From: Myxococcales bacterium | GTDB lineage: Bacteria; Myxococcota_A; Polyangia; Palsa-1104; SHYY01 | DNA: 64,000 nt | Assembly: GCA_009692555.1 (NCBI GenBank) | Contig: SHYY01000010.1 | Location: 20 to 64,019 of the forward strand | Reading direction: 5' to 3' | In this document: one piece after another, positions 38,027 to 46,491 of the stretch | Layout of the letters: each line of letters starts with the position of its first letter | How positions within the stretch are numbered: position 1 is the first letter of the stretch | The notes under the pieces: generated by a model | What the model saw: only the letters and a program-made list of their open reading frames with translations | Databases searched by the model: none | What the model was told of the DNA's origin: nothing | Made by a program: the position numbers and the translations under genes

Positions 38027-39664
38027 GTGGGGGACGCGGGGCCGGCGCGGCGGGTGGATCTGCGGGTGCCGAAGGAGCTCGCCGAGTGGCCGTGGGAGCT
38101 GGCCACCCTGGAGAAGCTCGGGCCCCCGGCGGTCCACCCGAAGCTCACCGTGGTGCGGGTCAGCGAGCTCGGCAGCCCGTCGCTGACGCCGCCGGCCCAG
38201 CTGGTGATCGACCTGATCGGGGTGCACCACGACGACCCGCACCCGTGGGAGCCGCTCAAGACGCGGCAGGAGATCGAGCGGATCCGCCAGGAGATCGAGG
38301 CGGCAGGCAAGCGCGGCCGCTACGCCGTCACCGTCGACGCGCGGGGCGGCTGGGATGCGCTGGTGCAGCGCTACGAGGAGACCGGACCTCCCCACCTCTT
38401 CCACTTCGCCGGGCACGGGTTCGACGGCGGGCGCGGCCTGGTGTTTGCCGGCGAAGACGGCGGGCCCGAGGAGATCACCGCCGAGCAGGTGGCGATGGTC
38501 CTCCGCCAGTCCGTCCGCGGGCGCCAGACCCGGCTGGCGTTCCTCAATGCGTGCTCCTCGTCAGCGACGGGAAAGCCGCGGCCCTACCAGCCGTTCGGCG
38601 CGCTCGGGGCGATGCTGATCCAGCACGGCGTCCCGATGGTGATCGGCCTGCAGACGGCCCTCGACGACAGCGAAGCGCAGAGCCTCGCCGCGGCGTTCTA
38701 CCAGGGGGTCGCCAACGGCGACTCGGTGGACTGCGCGATCCAGCGCGCGCGGAGGGATCTCTACCTCGACGGGGGCGGCAGCGTGTCGTGGGCCTTCGTC
38801 CACCTCACGGTCTCGGGGACGCCGTCGCCGCTGTGGCGACAGCCGGGCTACACCGCCGCGGGAGCGCCCTCGGCTTCGCTGTGGTCGTTCGCCCACCGCG
38901 AGCAGCGCCAGCAGCTCGATCTCTACCTCGGGCGGCGCGACCCGCTGGTGGTGGTGATCGGCGGCGAGGTGCATGCCGGCCATCGCTACGTCGCCGAGCG
39001 GCTGCGCTTCGATCTCGGGCGCGCGGGCAGCTCGCTCTACTACCCGGTGGCGGTGATGCGCTGGTTCAGCCCGGGCGAGAAGCAGCTCTCGCGCACCCTG
39101 CTCGCCGGCGGGATCGCTCGCGCCCTCGATCTCGACGACGAGGGGACGCGGGAGGGGCTGGAGAAGCGCATCGCGCGGAAGATCGCCGACTGCTGCGAGG
39201 AGGGGAAGGTGCTGGTGATCGACCTCGAGGAGCTGCTCCAGCCAGCGGACCCGGTGGAGGCCGACGCGGTGGTGGAGCTGGTGCAGGAGCTGTGGACCAG
39301 TTTGATGAACCTCGCCCGTCGCGGCGATCGGCTGCCGGTGTTCCTGCTGCTCTCGATCGCCTGGCCGCAGGAGCTGGCGCCGAGCGACCGCCGCGCCGCG
39401 CGGGCCCGGGAGAACCGGCAGAAGATCCAGGCGACGGTGGAGCGGCTGCGCGGGAAGCCGCGGCTGGAGGGGCGGGTGCGGGTGGAGGTGCTCAAGGAGC
39501 TGCGGCCGATCGAGGAGCCGGAAGTGGCGGACTTTCTCGAGCAGGTGCTGGAGATCGACCCCGACGCGGCGGAGGCGCAGGCGCGCAGCATCGTCGACGT
39601 CGGTGACAACGAGACCATCCTCGCGCGCATGACCAAGGTGCTCGAGGAGTGGGAGGAGGGCTGA
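38027..39664 (+). CDS. CHAT-domain caspase-like protease with C-terminal inactive P-loop-like region
   Basis: 545 aa from the first canonical start (GTG 38027). Motifs are LAEWPWELA, catalytic His in HLFHFAGHG (38414-38416) and catalytic Cys in AFLNACSS (38552-38554). Protein-like coding signal continues upstream in frame to 37775, so the true start is probably earlier (see findings). Confidence 0.85.
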   Translation: MGDAGPARRVDLRVPKELAEWPWELATLEKLGPPAVHPKLTVVRVSELGSPSLTPPAQLVIDLIGVHHDDPHPWEPLKTRQEIERIRQEIEAAGKRGRYAVTVDARGGWDALVQRYEETGPPHLFHFAGHGFDGGRGLVFAGEDGGPEEITAEQVAMVLRQSVRGRQTRLAFLNACSSSATGKPRPYQPFGALGAMLIQHGVPMVIGLQTALDDSEAQSLAAAFYQGVANGDSVDCAIQRARRDLYLDGGGSVSWAFVHLTVSGTPSPLWRQPGYTAAGAPSASLWSFAHREQRQQLDLYLGRRDPLVVVIGGEVHAGHRYVAERLRFDLGRAGSSLYYPVAVMRWFSPGEKQLSRTLLAGGIARALDLDDEGTREGLEKRIARKIADCCEEGKVLVIDLEELLQPADPVEADAVVELVQELWTSLMNLARRGDRLPVFLLLSIAWPQELAPSDRRAARARENRQKIQATVERLRGKPRLEGRVRVEVLKELRPIEEPEVADFLEQVLEIDPDAAEAQARSIVDVGDNETILARMTKVLEEWEEG

Positions 39665-40581
39665 TGCCCGGACCAGGCGACTTCGACATCTACCGCGGCG
39701 ACGGGCAGTTCCGCCCCGAGGCGCACCGCCAGCTCCCCGAGACCCCGGCGCTGTTCGAGGAGCGGGGGGCCTACCTTCCCGATCGCGACCTGGTCGAGGC
39801 GGTGAACATCGCGCTGTGCGTGGGGAGGCCGCTCCTGCTCACCGGCGAGCCGGGCTGCGGCAAGACGCGCCTCGCCTGGAGCCTGGCGACCGAGCTGGGT
39901 CTCGACGCGCCGCTGCAGTTCTTCACCCGCTCCACCTCGCGCGCGCAGGACCTGCTCTACACCTTCGACGCGGTGCAGCGCTTCCACGACATCCAGATGA
40001 AGAGCGCGCGCGCCGACGATCCGCACAACTACGTGCAGTTCGAGGCGCTCGGCCGGGCGATCGTCGAGGGGAAGCGGCGGGTGGTGCTGATCGACGAGAT
40101 CGACAAGGCCCCGCGCGACTTCCCGAACGACCTGCTGAACGAGATCGACCGGATGTCCTTCGAGGTGCGCGAGCTCACCGGCGACGATCGCGTGCGCAGC
40201 GCCAAGGTGCGGCCGATCGTGGTGATCACCTCCAACAGCGAGCGCCAGTTGCCGCTGCCGTTCCTGCGGCGCTGCGTGTTCCACTACATCGGCTTTCCGG
40301 AGCGGGACAAGCTGATCCGGATCGTTGAGGAGCGGCTCTCGGGCGACTCCCTCGACGGGGATCTGATCAAGGCGGCGGTCGACAAGTTCCTGGCCGTGCG
40401 AAAGATCAAGGGGCTGACCAAGAAGCCAGCGACGGGGGAGCTGCTCACCTGGGTGCATGCGCTGCAGGTGCGCGGCGTGGCCGCCCTGGCGCTGCGCGAA
40501 TCGCCCCAGGCAGCCGTGCCCCTCTGGCAGGCCCTCCTGAAGGACCGAGACGACCTCCGCCGTCTCCAGGAAGCGACCTGA
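39664..40581 (+). CDS. MoxR-type AAA+ ATPase
   Basis: 305 aa. ATG 39664 overlaps the CHAT stop (TGATG), with GGGAGGAGGG upstream. Walker A is LLLTGEPGCGKT (Lys codon 39862-39864) and Walker B is VVLIDEIDKA. ITSN...LPLPFLRRC provides sensor/Arg-finger-like motifs. Confidence 0.88.
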   Translation: MPGPGDFDIYRGDGQFRPEAHRQLPETPALFEERGAYLPDRDLVEAVNIALCVGRPLLLTGEPGCGKTRLAWSLATELGLDAPLQFFTRSTSRAQDLLYTFDAVQRFHDIQMKSARADDPHNYVQFEALGRAIVEGKRRVVLIDEIDKAPRDFPNDLLNEIDRMSFEVRELTGDDRVRSAKVRPIVVITSNSERQLPLPFLRRCVFHYIGFPERDKLIRIVEERLSGDSLDGDLIKAAVDKFLAVRKIKGLTKKPATGELLTWVHALQVRGVAALALRESPQAAVPLWQALLKDRDDLRRLQEAT

Positions 40582-40586
40582 GGCGG

Positions 40587-40940
40587 GTACCTCGACGCAG
40601 AGATTTCGACGGATTCGGCCGCCGCCGCATCCCCGTCCGCGTCGTTGCTCCTCAGTCACTTGCACCCGGTAAGGGCCCGCGAATGGGCAAGTCGATCGAT
40701 GATCGCGATCCGAGGCGCCCGGATGGCGAGGCGCGACGACGGAGAATACTCTCTGTATTCGACCGACGAGCTTCCCCCCAAGACTACAGAAGGGGGGCAA
40801 GCCCCCCGAAGCCAGCCGGGATGCATCGGCCGCGAGGGCGATCGAGTTGTCCGTTCGCGGGCCCTAGGCTCCTTCGTCGCGCCTCGCGGACGGCGCGCGG
40901 CAGCACCCTCGGTCCTGTCAAAACCTCTGCGTCGAGGTAC
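40587..40940. repeat. 354-bp insert-like segment bounded by a perfect 16-bp (24-bp imperfect) inverted repeat
   Basis: GTACCTCGACGCAGAG at 40587-40602 and its exact reverse complement at 40925-40940. The repeat extends to 24 bp with 2 mismatches (40587-40610 / 40917-40940). It fills almost the whole MoxR-to-vWA intergenic gap. Confidence 0.8.
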
Positions 40941-40958
40941 TCGTGAGAGGCCGGTTGA

Positions 40959-43900
40959 ATGAGCCGCGCTGATCGGAAGGCCAGCGGAAGGGGTCCGCTC
41001 GCCGACCTGCTGGTAGGGCTGAGGCTCCGCGGGATGACGGTGGGGCCCGACGACGCGGCGCGGGTGGTGGCGGTGTTCCGTCACGCGGCCGGGTGGTCGC
41101 ATGCGCGGCGGGTGCGGGCGCTGAAGGCGCTGCTCGGGCGCAACGACGACGAGCGGCGACTGATTGATCAGCTCTCGCCGTTCCTGTTCGTGGAGGCGCA
41201 CCGGCGGGAGGAGGGGCAGGCGGACGACGGGGGAGGCGCAGCGATGGGGGAGGCGGAGGGAGCACTCGCGAGCCGCGCCGGGACGCGCACGACGGGGGCG
41301 CAGGTCGGCGATCGGAGCGATGGAAGTTCAGGATCGAGGAGGGCTCCCTGGTCGCTGATCGTGCTCGGGTGCGCGCTGGCCGTGGCTGTGGCCGTGCTGG
41401 CGCTGGAGATTCCGTGGTCTCGGCCGTGGCCACCCGCCTCGGGTGACGGAGGCGTCGTCGATCTCGCACCGCTCGAGGACCTGTTTCGGCCGGCCGACGA
41501 CGGTGGCCTGCCGGACCTTCTGGATGGCGGCGCGCCGGCGATCGCCGAGGGCGGGTCGGGCCCCCCTCCCCTCCCGGTCTGTCAGACCGCCTTGCCGCTG
41601 CCGCCGCGGCGGTGGCCGTTCCTGCTCTTCGGCGGGACCGGCGTGCTGCCGGTGATCGCCCTGGCACTCCGTCGTCGCCGCTTTGCGCGCCAGCAGCGCA
41701 ACATCGACGCCCTCGCCCGTTCCGAGGGGCCGCGCACCTGGCGGCTGGAGATCCCCGCGGAACAGGCGCCCGATCCGCTCGACGCGACGGCGGTGCGCGA
41801 GGCGGCCTTCCAGCTCACCGCGCCATCGGCCGACGTGGTGGCCCCGTGGCTCGATCCCACCGGCACGGTGCAGGCGACCGCGCGGCGGGCCGGCCAGCTG
41901 GTGCTCCGCTTTGCCTCGCAGCGCGAGCATCGACCGCTGCTCTTCGTCGAGGACGTGGGGGTCTCGATGGCGCGGTGGCCGGATCATGGCCGCCAGATCG
42001 TGGAGGCGATCCGGCGCCAGGGCGGCGAGGTGATCCACTGCTTCTTCGACGGCGCGCCGGCGCTGACCGCCCGCCAGCGCGACCTCGCCGGCCGGCTCTC
42101 GCTCGAGCAGCTGCTCGCCGACGAGGGCGCACCGGTGGTGGTGCTGCTGGGCGACGCGGCGGGCCTGGAGCGGAGCGCCGTCGACAGCGCCACCTGGACC
42201 GCCGCGCTCGGCAACGCGCTGTGGCTGCACCCCCGGCCGGCCGAGCTGTGGGGTCCGGGCGCGCGCGCCGTCGCCGCCTGCCTGCAGGTGGTGCCTGTGA
42301 GCGAGGAGGGGCTGAGGCGCCTCGGCACCCCGCGACCCGATGGACTGGGGGACCTGCCCCGTCGCTGGACGGCCCCCCGGCCGGCGGGCAGCGACCCGCT
42401 CTCGTGCCTCGAAGCGTGGCGTGGGGCGGTCGGCGACGACGCCTTCTTCTGGCTCGCCGCCGGGGCGGTGCTCGATCGGATCGGCGGCCTGACAGCGCGG
42501 GCGTGGTGGGCGCTCCGCAGCAACGGGATCGCGCCGGCCCCCTGGCATCTCGTCGAGCGGGTGTGGGAGCTGCGCGGCCTGCGCGTCGCCAGCGACGGCA
42601 CGGTGGCTCTCCCGGGAAATCTCCGCGAGGCGCTGATCGAGGCGCTCGGGCGCGAGCGGCCGGACCTGCGCGCGCAGGTGGTGGCCTGGGCGAAGTCGCT
42701 GATCGCGGTGGACCTCGGGCGTCTGCCGGCGGACAGTCCGGCGCGGGTGGCGGCCCGGGCGGGGCAGGCGCGGCTGGCGCTGGTGGATCCGGCGCAGCGC
42801 GGCGAGGCCCGCCGTCTGGCGCAAGCGCTGGCGAACGATGGCTACGGCAACCTGCTGGCAGGGGCGGCCAGCGACGAGGAGCGGGGCGAGTGGCAGGTCG
42901 ATCTTCGACGGGCCGCGGGGCTGCGGCGGTGGCAGATCGGCGTCGCCGCGCTCGGGGCGGTGGCGATCCTCGCGGCGCTGCCGTTCCTTGCCAACCCGAC
43001 GCTGTGGACGCGGATCGTGCCGCCGAAACCGGACTTCCAGGTGCTCTCCTCCTCGCGCGTCTGGAACGGCAGCGCGATCTACCCGGTGTCGCCTGACGCC
43101 GCGCTGGTCTTCTGCGATCGCCGCCAGCTGGCGCGCAAGGTGTACGCCCGGGCCGGGAACGACGTCGTCCTCCTGGACGCCGCGGGCGACCCGGCGGTGT
43201 GGACACTCCCGGCGGACTCCCCGCTCTTCCCCGGCGTGAGCGTCGCGCAGTACGCCGACCTCTACCTCGGCTACGAGCAGCGCCCGACCGGCGGGCCGTG
43301 GAAGCTGAACGTGTTCGACGTGGGCGTCGCGGTGCTGAGGGCCAGCGCGACGCCACGGGACGCGGCGCCGGGAGTGCCACCGGGCACCTTCGTGGCGCTC
43401 ACCTGGGAGGTCCCCGCGCGCAACCTGCTCGAAAAAGCGCGCAAGCCGCCTCCGAAGTGGGACATCCTCCGCGACGGAAAGCAGATCGGGCGCAACATCA
43501 TCGACGGAACGCTGTTCTGGGTGGATGCTCCGCAGGGCGCCGGCCCCTGGCGCTACCAGGTGACCGCGGTGGCGGCCGAAGGACGACCCTACCGGAGCAA
43601 CGAGGTGCTGGTGAACGCGCCACTCGTGCCCATTCCCGTGGACAGGAACGTCGGGTGGCTGCTGCAGCCCGCCCTCGAAAAGCGACGCGGGTACGTCCTC
43701 ACCCTCGACGGCGCCGAGGAGCGCAGGAAGCGCATCGAGCTCTTGCCCGGCAATCACGCCTTCGGGTGGTCGCGGCCAGACGTGACCTGCCGCCGGCCGT
43801 GGCGCGACGAGGTGGTCATTGAGCGCGGCAAGGAGAGCAAGCTCCAGGTCCCGACCGACGAATACTTCCTCGCGGCCTGCCAGCCGGTGCGGGCCGGCGA

Positions 43901-45530
43901 TTGCCCGGGTGGCAAGGTGCGCTGCGGCGACCTGTGCGTCTCCAGCGACAACCCGCTCCACGCCGGCGGCTGCTTCAAAGTGGTGCCCGAGGTCTCCAAG
44001 GCGGCCGCCATGACCGATCCGCTGGAGATCGGCCTGCCAGGCGATGGCGTGGGGGGCGCGCTCTATCGACTCTACTATTCCTGGGACACCAACCGGAGCC
44101 ACGTGACCACCCACGCGATCGAGCGGAAGGTGCGCGGCAGCAGTGCCGGGGGGCCTCCACTCGACCTCGCAGGGCCAGAAGCGGCGGCGGCGGTGGAGCG
44201 CGGCTGGTCCGACGCCGGCAGGAGGAGCTTCATCACCCACCTTGCCCTGGGGTGCAACAGCGACGGGAGGCTGCTGACCAGTGGCCAGAAGCTGACCTGC
44301 CGCAAGGGCGCGGCGCCGCAGATCGAGACGTGGAATGGAGGAAACGTGCCGGGCGAGGTGCAGGCAGGCTCCGTGGGGCGACGGTGGACCGCCTACTGCG
44401 CGAGCCTGGCGCCGAGAGACGTGGCCGCCGAGATCGTCGCAGCCCGCCGCTTGATGAGGTCCCTGCAGTTCGACGAGGCGCTCTATCACCTCAAGGCAGC
44501 CACGCGGCTTGACCCCGATCCCCGGTCGGCGCAGGAGGCGATCGGCCTGATGATCGACATCGGGGGCGCCCGCGTCGAGGGTGGGCAGTTCGCCGAGGCC
44601 GCCGTGGCGTACCAGATCGCCGAGGGGACGATCCGGCAGCAGTACGACCGCAAGAACTCGACGCCCGAGATGCGGCGCATGCAGACGACGGCGCTCTTCG
44701 CGCTGGGCAATCTGTATCAGAAGCTCGGCCAGATTCCGGAGGCGCGCGTCGCATTCCTCCAGGCGGCCGAGGGGTATCGCCTCCTCCGCGCGCCGACCGA
44801 GAGCGCCGTGGCGCTGACGCTCCTGGCGGAGCTCGATGACCGCGCCGGCGAAGCGGGCAATGCCAGCCAGCACCGCAACGACGCCATCGCGCTCTATAAG
44901 AGCCTGGGAAATCGCAGCGAGATCGAGCGGTTGCAGGCTCTCAATGCCCGCCAGGGTCCGGCGCCGTGCGCGGGCGGCGAGACGCGCTGCGGGGACTTCT
45001 GCGTCCATCTCGACCGCGACCCGTTTCACTACAAGGAATGCTTCACCATCGCGCCGAGCCTCACCGAGAAGAGCGCGCGCGGGTACAACCCGCCGCCGTG
45101 GTTCGAATTCGAATTTGATGGAGTGCGGCGCCGCCGATTCGAGCAGGCCGCCTACTACCAGCTCCGATATCGCTGGTCCAACGACCGACTCCGCATCGAG
45201 GTGGGGGACTACGGCAACCGTCGCTTGTTTGCCGAATCCCTCGAATACGGCCAATTGCGAGCCCGCATCCATGGGATGGGAAAGCTGCGCACCTTCACCG
45301 ACTATGCGATCTTCTGCCTCCCCGGTGGTGGCGTCGCCGACGACCACGCCACGCGCTACCGGCACGTCTACCGCGAGACCGCCCGCGGGGCGACCTGGAT
45401 GACCGACGGCGACTGGCAGCCCCGCCAGACGAAGGAGCTGGGCGACGCGGCGCGCGACGCCTGGCCCACCGAATCACTGGTAAAAGAGTGGACTACCAAG
45501 TGTAAACGCGAGGCGTCGGCGAAGCCCTGA
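40959..45530 (+). CDS. giant three-pass membrane protein: CoxE-type N-domain, vWA-like domain, then extracytoplasmic beta-rich, Cys-rich and TPR region
   Basis: 1523 aa.
- aa 12-80: LADLLVGLRLRGMTVGPDD...LIDQLSPFLF resembles the N-terminal helical region of CoxE-type vWA proteins.
- Hydrophobic helices at aa 130-151, 219-237 and 658-678.
- aa 295-450: LDPTGTVQATARRAG...LLFVEDVGVSM...FFDG resembles a vWA domain with a partly degenerate MIDAS.
- aa 1155-1330: TPR-like.
- 16 Cys residues after the third helix. Confidence 0.85.
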   Translation: MSRADRKASGRGPLADLLVGLRLRGMTVGPDDAARVVAVFRHAAGWSHARRVRALKALLGRNDDERRLIDQLSPFLFVEAHRREEGQADDGGGAAMGEAEGALASRAGTRTTGAQVGDRSDGSSGSRRAPWSLIVLGCALAVAVAVLALEIPWSRPWPPASGDGGVVDLAPLEDLFRPADDGGLPDLLDGGAPAIAEGGSGPPPLPVCQTALPLPPRRWPFLLFGGTGVLPVIALALRRRRFARQQRNIDALARSEGPRTWRLEIPAEQAPDPLDATAVREAAFQLTAPSADVVAPWLDPTGTVQATARRAGQLVLRFASQREHRPLLFVEDVGVSMARWPDHGRQIVEAIRRQGGEVIHCFFDGAPALTARQRDLAGRLSLEQLLADEGAPVVVLLGDAAGLERSAVDSATWTAALGNALWLHPRPAELWGPGARAVAACLQVVPVSEEGLRRLGTPRPDGLGDLPRRWTAPRPAGSDPLSCLEAWRGAVGDDAFFWLAAGAVLDRIGGLTARAWWALRSNGIAPAPWHLVERVWELRGLRVASDGTVALPGNLREALIEALGRERPDLRAQVVAWAKSLIAVDLGRLPADSPARVAARAGQARLALVDPAQRGEARRLAQALANDGYGNLLAGAASDEERGEWQVDLRRAAGLRRWQIGVAALGAVAILAALPFLANPTLWTRIVPPKPDFQVLSSSRVWNGSAIYPVSPDAALVFCDRRQLARKVYARAGNDVVLLDAAGDPAVWTLPADSPLFPGVSVAQYADLYLGYEQRPTGGPWKLNVFDVGVAVLRASATPRDAAPGVPPGTFVALTWEVPARNLLEKARKPPPKWDILRDGKQIGRNIIDGTLFWVDAPQGAGPWRYQVTAVAAEGRPYRSNEVLVNAPLVPIPVDRNVGWLLQPALEKRRGYVLTLDGAEERRKRIELLPGNHAFGWSRPDVTCRRPWRDEVVIERGKESKLQVPTDEYFLAACQPVRAGDCPGGKVRCGDLCVSSDNPLHAGGCFKVVPEVSKAAAMTDPLEIGLPGDGVGGALYRLYYSWDTNRSHVTTHAIERKVRGSSAGGPPLDLAGPEAAAAVERGWSDAGRRSFITHLALGCNSDGRLLTSGQKLTCRKGAAPQIETWNGGNVPGEVQAGSVGRRWTAYCASLAPRDVAAEIVAARRLMRSLQFDEALYHLKAATRLDPDPRSAQEAIGLMIDIGGARVEGGQFAEAAVAYQIAEGTIRQQYDRKNSTPEMRRMQTTALFALGNLYQKLGQIPEARVAFLQAAEGYRLLRAPTESAVALTLLAELDDRAGEAGNASQHRNDAIALYKSLGNRSEIERLQALNARQGPAPCAGGETRCGDFCVHLDRDPFHYKECFTIAPSLTEKSARGYNPPPWFEFEFDGVRRRRFEQAAYYQLRYRWSNDRLRIEVGDYGNRRLFAESLEYGQLRARIHGMGKLRTFTDYAIFCLPGGGVADDHATRYRHVYRETARGATWMTDGDWQPRQTKELGDAARDAWPTESLVKEWTTKCKREASAKP

Positions 45531-45546
45531 ACTGCCAAGGAGCATC

Positions 45547-46443
45547 ATGCCCAAAGTATTTCTCTCTCACGCCGGCTCCGATACCGCCAGTGCGCGCCAG
45601 GTGGCCGACCTCCTCGCGGAATCCAGCGTCGAGGCGATCCTCGACCGCGGCACAATCGGCCCCGGCGACAGCACGGCCACCTTCATGAACCAGGGGCTGG
45701 GGACTGCTGACTACTGCCTCCTCCTGTGGTCCGAGGCCGCCTCCACGCGGCCGTGGGTGACGATAGAATGGGAGGCGGCGCTCTATCGCTCGGGGCGCGA
45801 GGCGCGCGCATTCCTGGTCGTCGGGCGGCTGGAAAACCGCGAGGTACCGCCCCTCCTGGCGCCCCGGCTGTACGTCGATCTCTTCCCGGATCCGCGGCGC
45901 GGCATGGACGAGCTGCTCAAGCACTGGCACCTCGACCGGACCGCCGAGCGGCGCTCCGAGCATCCGGTGGGCGCCCCCGCCCTCGAGCCCACCGCCGACG
46001 CGGCCGGCGCCCCGCTCTACCTCAGCTCCGAATTGTTCGGCCTGACCATCCCGCTCCGCCTCTCCCTCGACGTGCCCGCGGGGGTGCATCTCGACCGCCT
46101 GATCAATGACCTGAAACTCCCCCTCCGCTTCGACCACCAGGGGCGCATCGGAATGACCTTCGAGTACGCACTCGCCCTCGCTGATCGTCCCCTCGTCCGC
46201 GGCCGCCCGCTGGCCGCCCAGAGCGTCCGCCCGGGGGACGTCCTGGAATTGCAAGTCCAGGTCACGCCCTTCGCCGCCGTGGCGCCCAGGGAAGGAGCCG
46301 CCCGCCCGCTGGTCTTCCGCGGCGGTGGCGGCGGCCAGCGGACCGGCGCGCACGCTCCCGACGACGCGCAGCAGGCCGCGCGCGAGGCCCTCCACGCGGC
46401 CCTGGCCACCGCCGGCCTCCTCGCAGCGCCCGGAAAGCCCTGA
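45547..46443 (+). CDS. TIR-domain protein with uncharacterised C-terminal domain
   Basis: 298 aa. AAGGAG lies 5 nt upstream of the start, and the gene starts 16 nt after the giant gene's stop. KVFLSHAGSD...YCLLLWSEAASTRPWVTIEWEAAL is a TIR signature. The candidate catalytic Glu codon is 45766-45768. Confidence 0.85.
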   Translation: MPKVFLSHAGSDTASARQVADLLAESSVEAILDRGTIGPGDSTATFMNQGLGTADYCLLLWSEAASTRPWVTIEWEAALYRSGREARAFLVVGRLENREVPPLLAPRLYVDLFPDPRRGMDELLKHWHLDRTAERRSEHPVGAPALEPTADAAGAPLYLSSELFGLTIPLRLSLDVPAGVHLDRLINDLKLPLRFDHQGRIGMTFEYALALADRPLVRGRPLAAQSVRPGDVLELQVQVTPFAAVAPREGAARPLVFRGGGGGQRTGAHAPDDAQQAAREALHAALATAGLLAAPGKP

Positions 46444-46491
46444 CCCATCGACCGCCCCTTCAAGATCGTTGTCGCCTGACCCTCCCCCCTA

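Noticed and set aside
40645-40962. 105-aa ORF inside the MoxR-vWA intergenic segment.
   Set aside because: It has no RBS and an odd composition, and it lies within the inverted-repeat-bounded insert. It is more likely non-coding.
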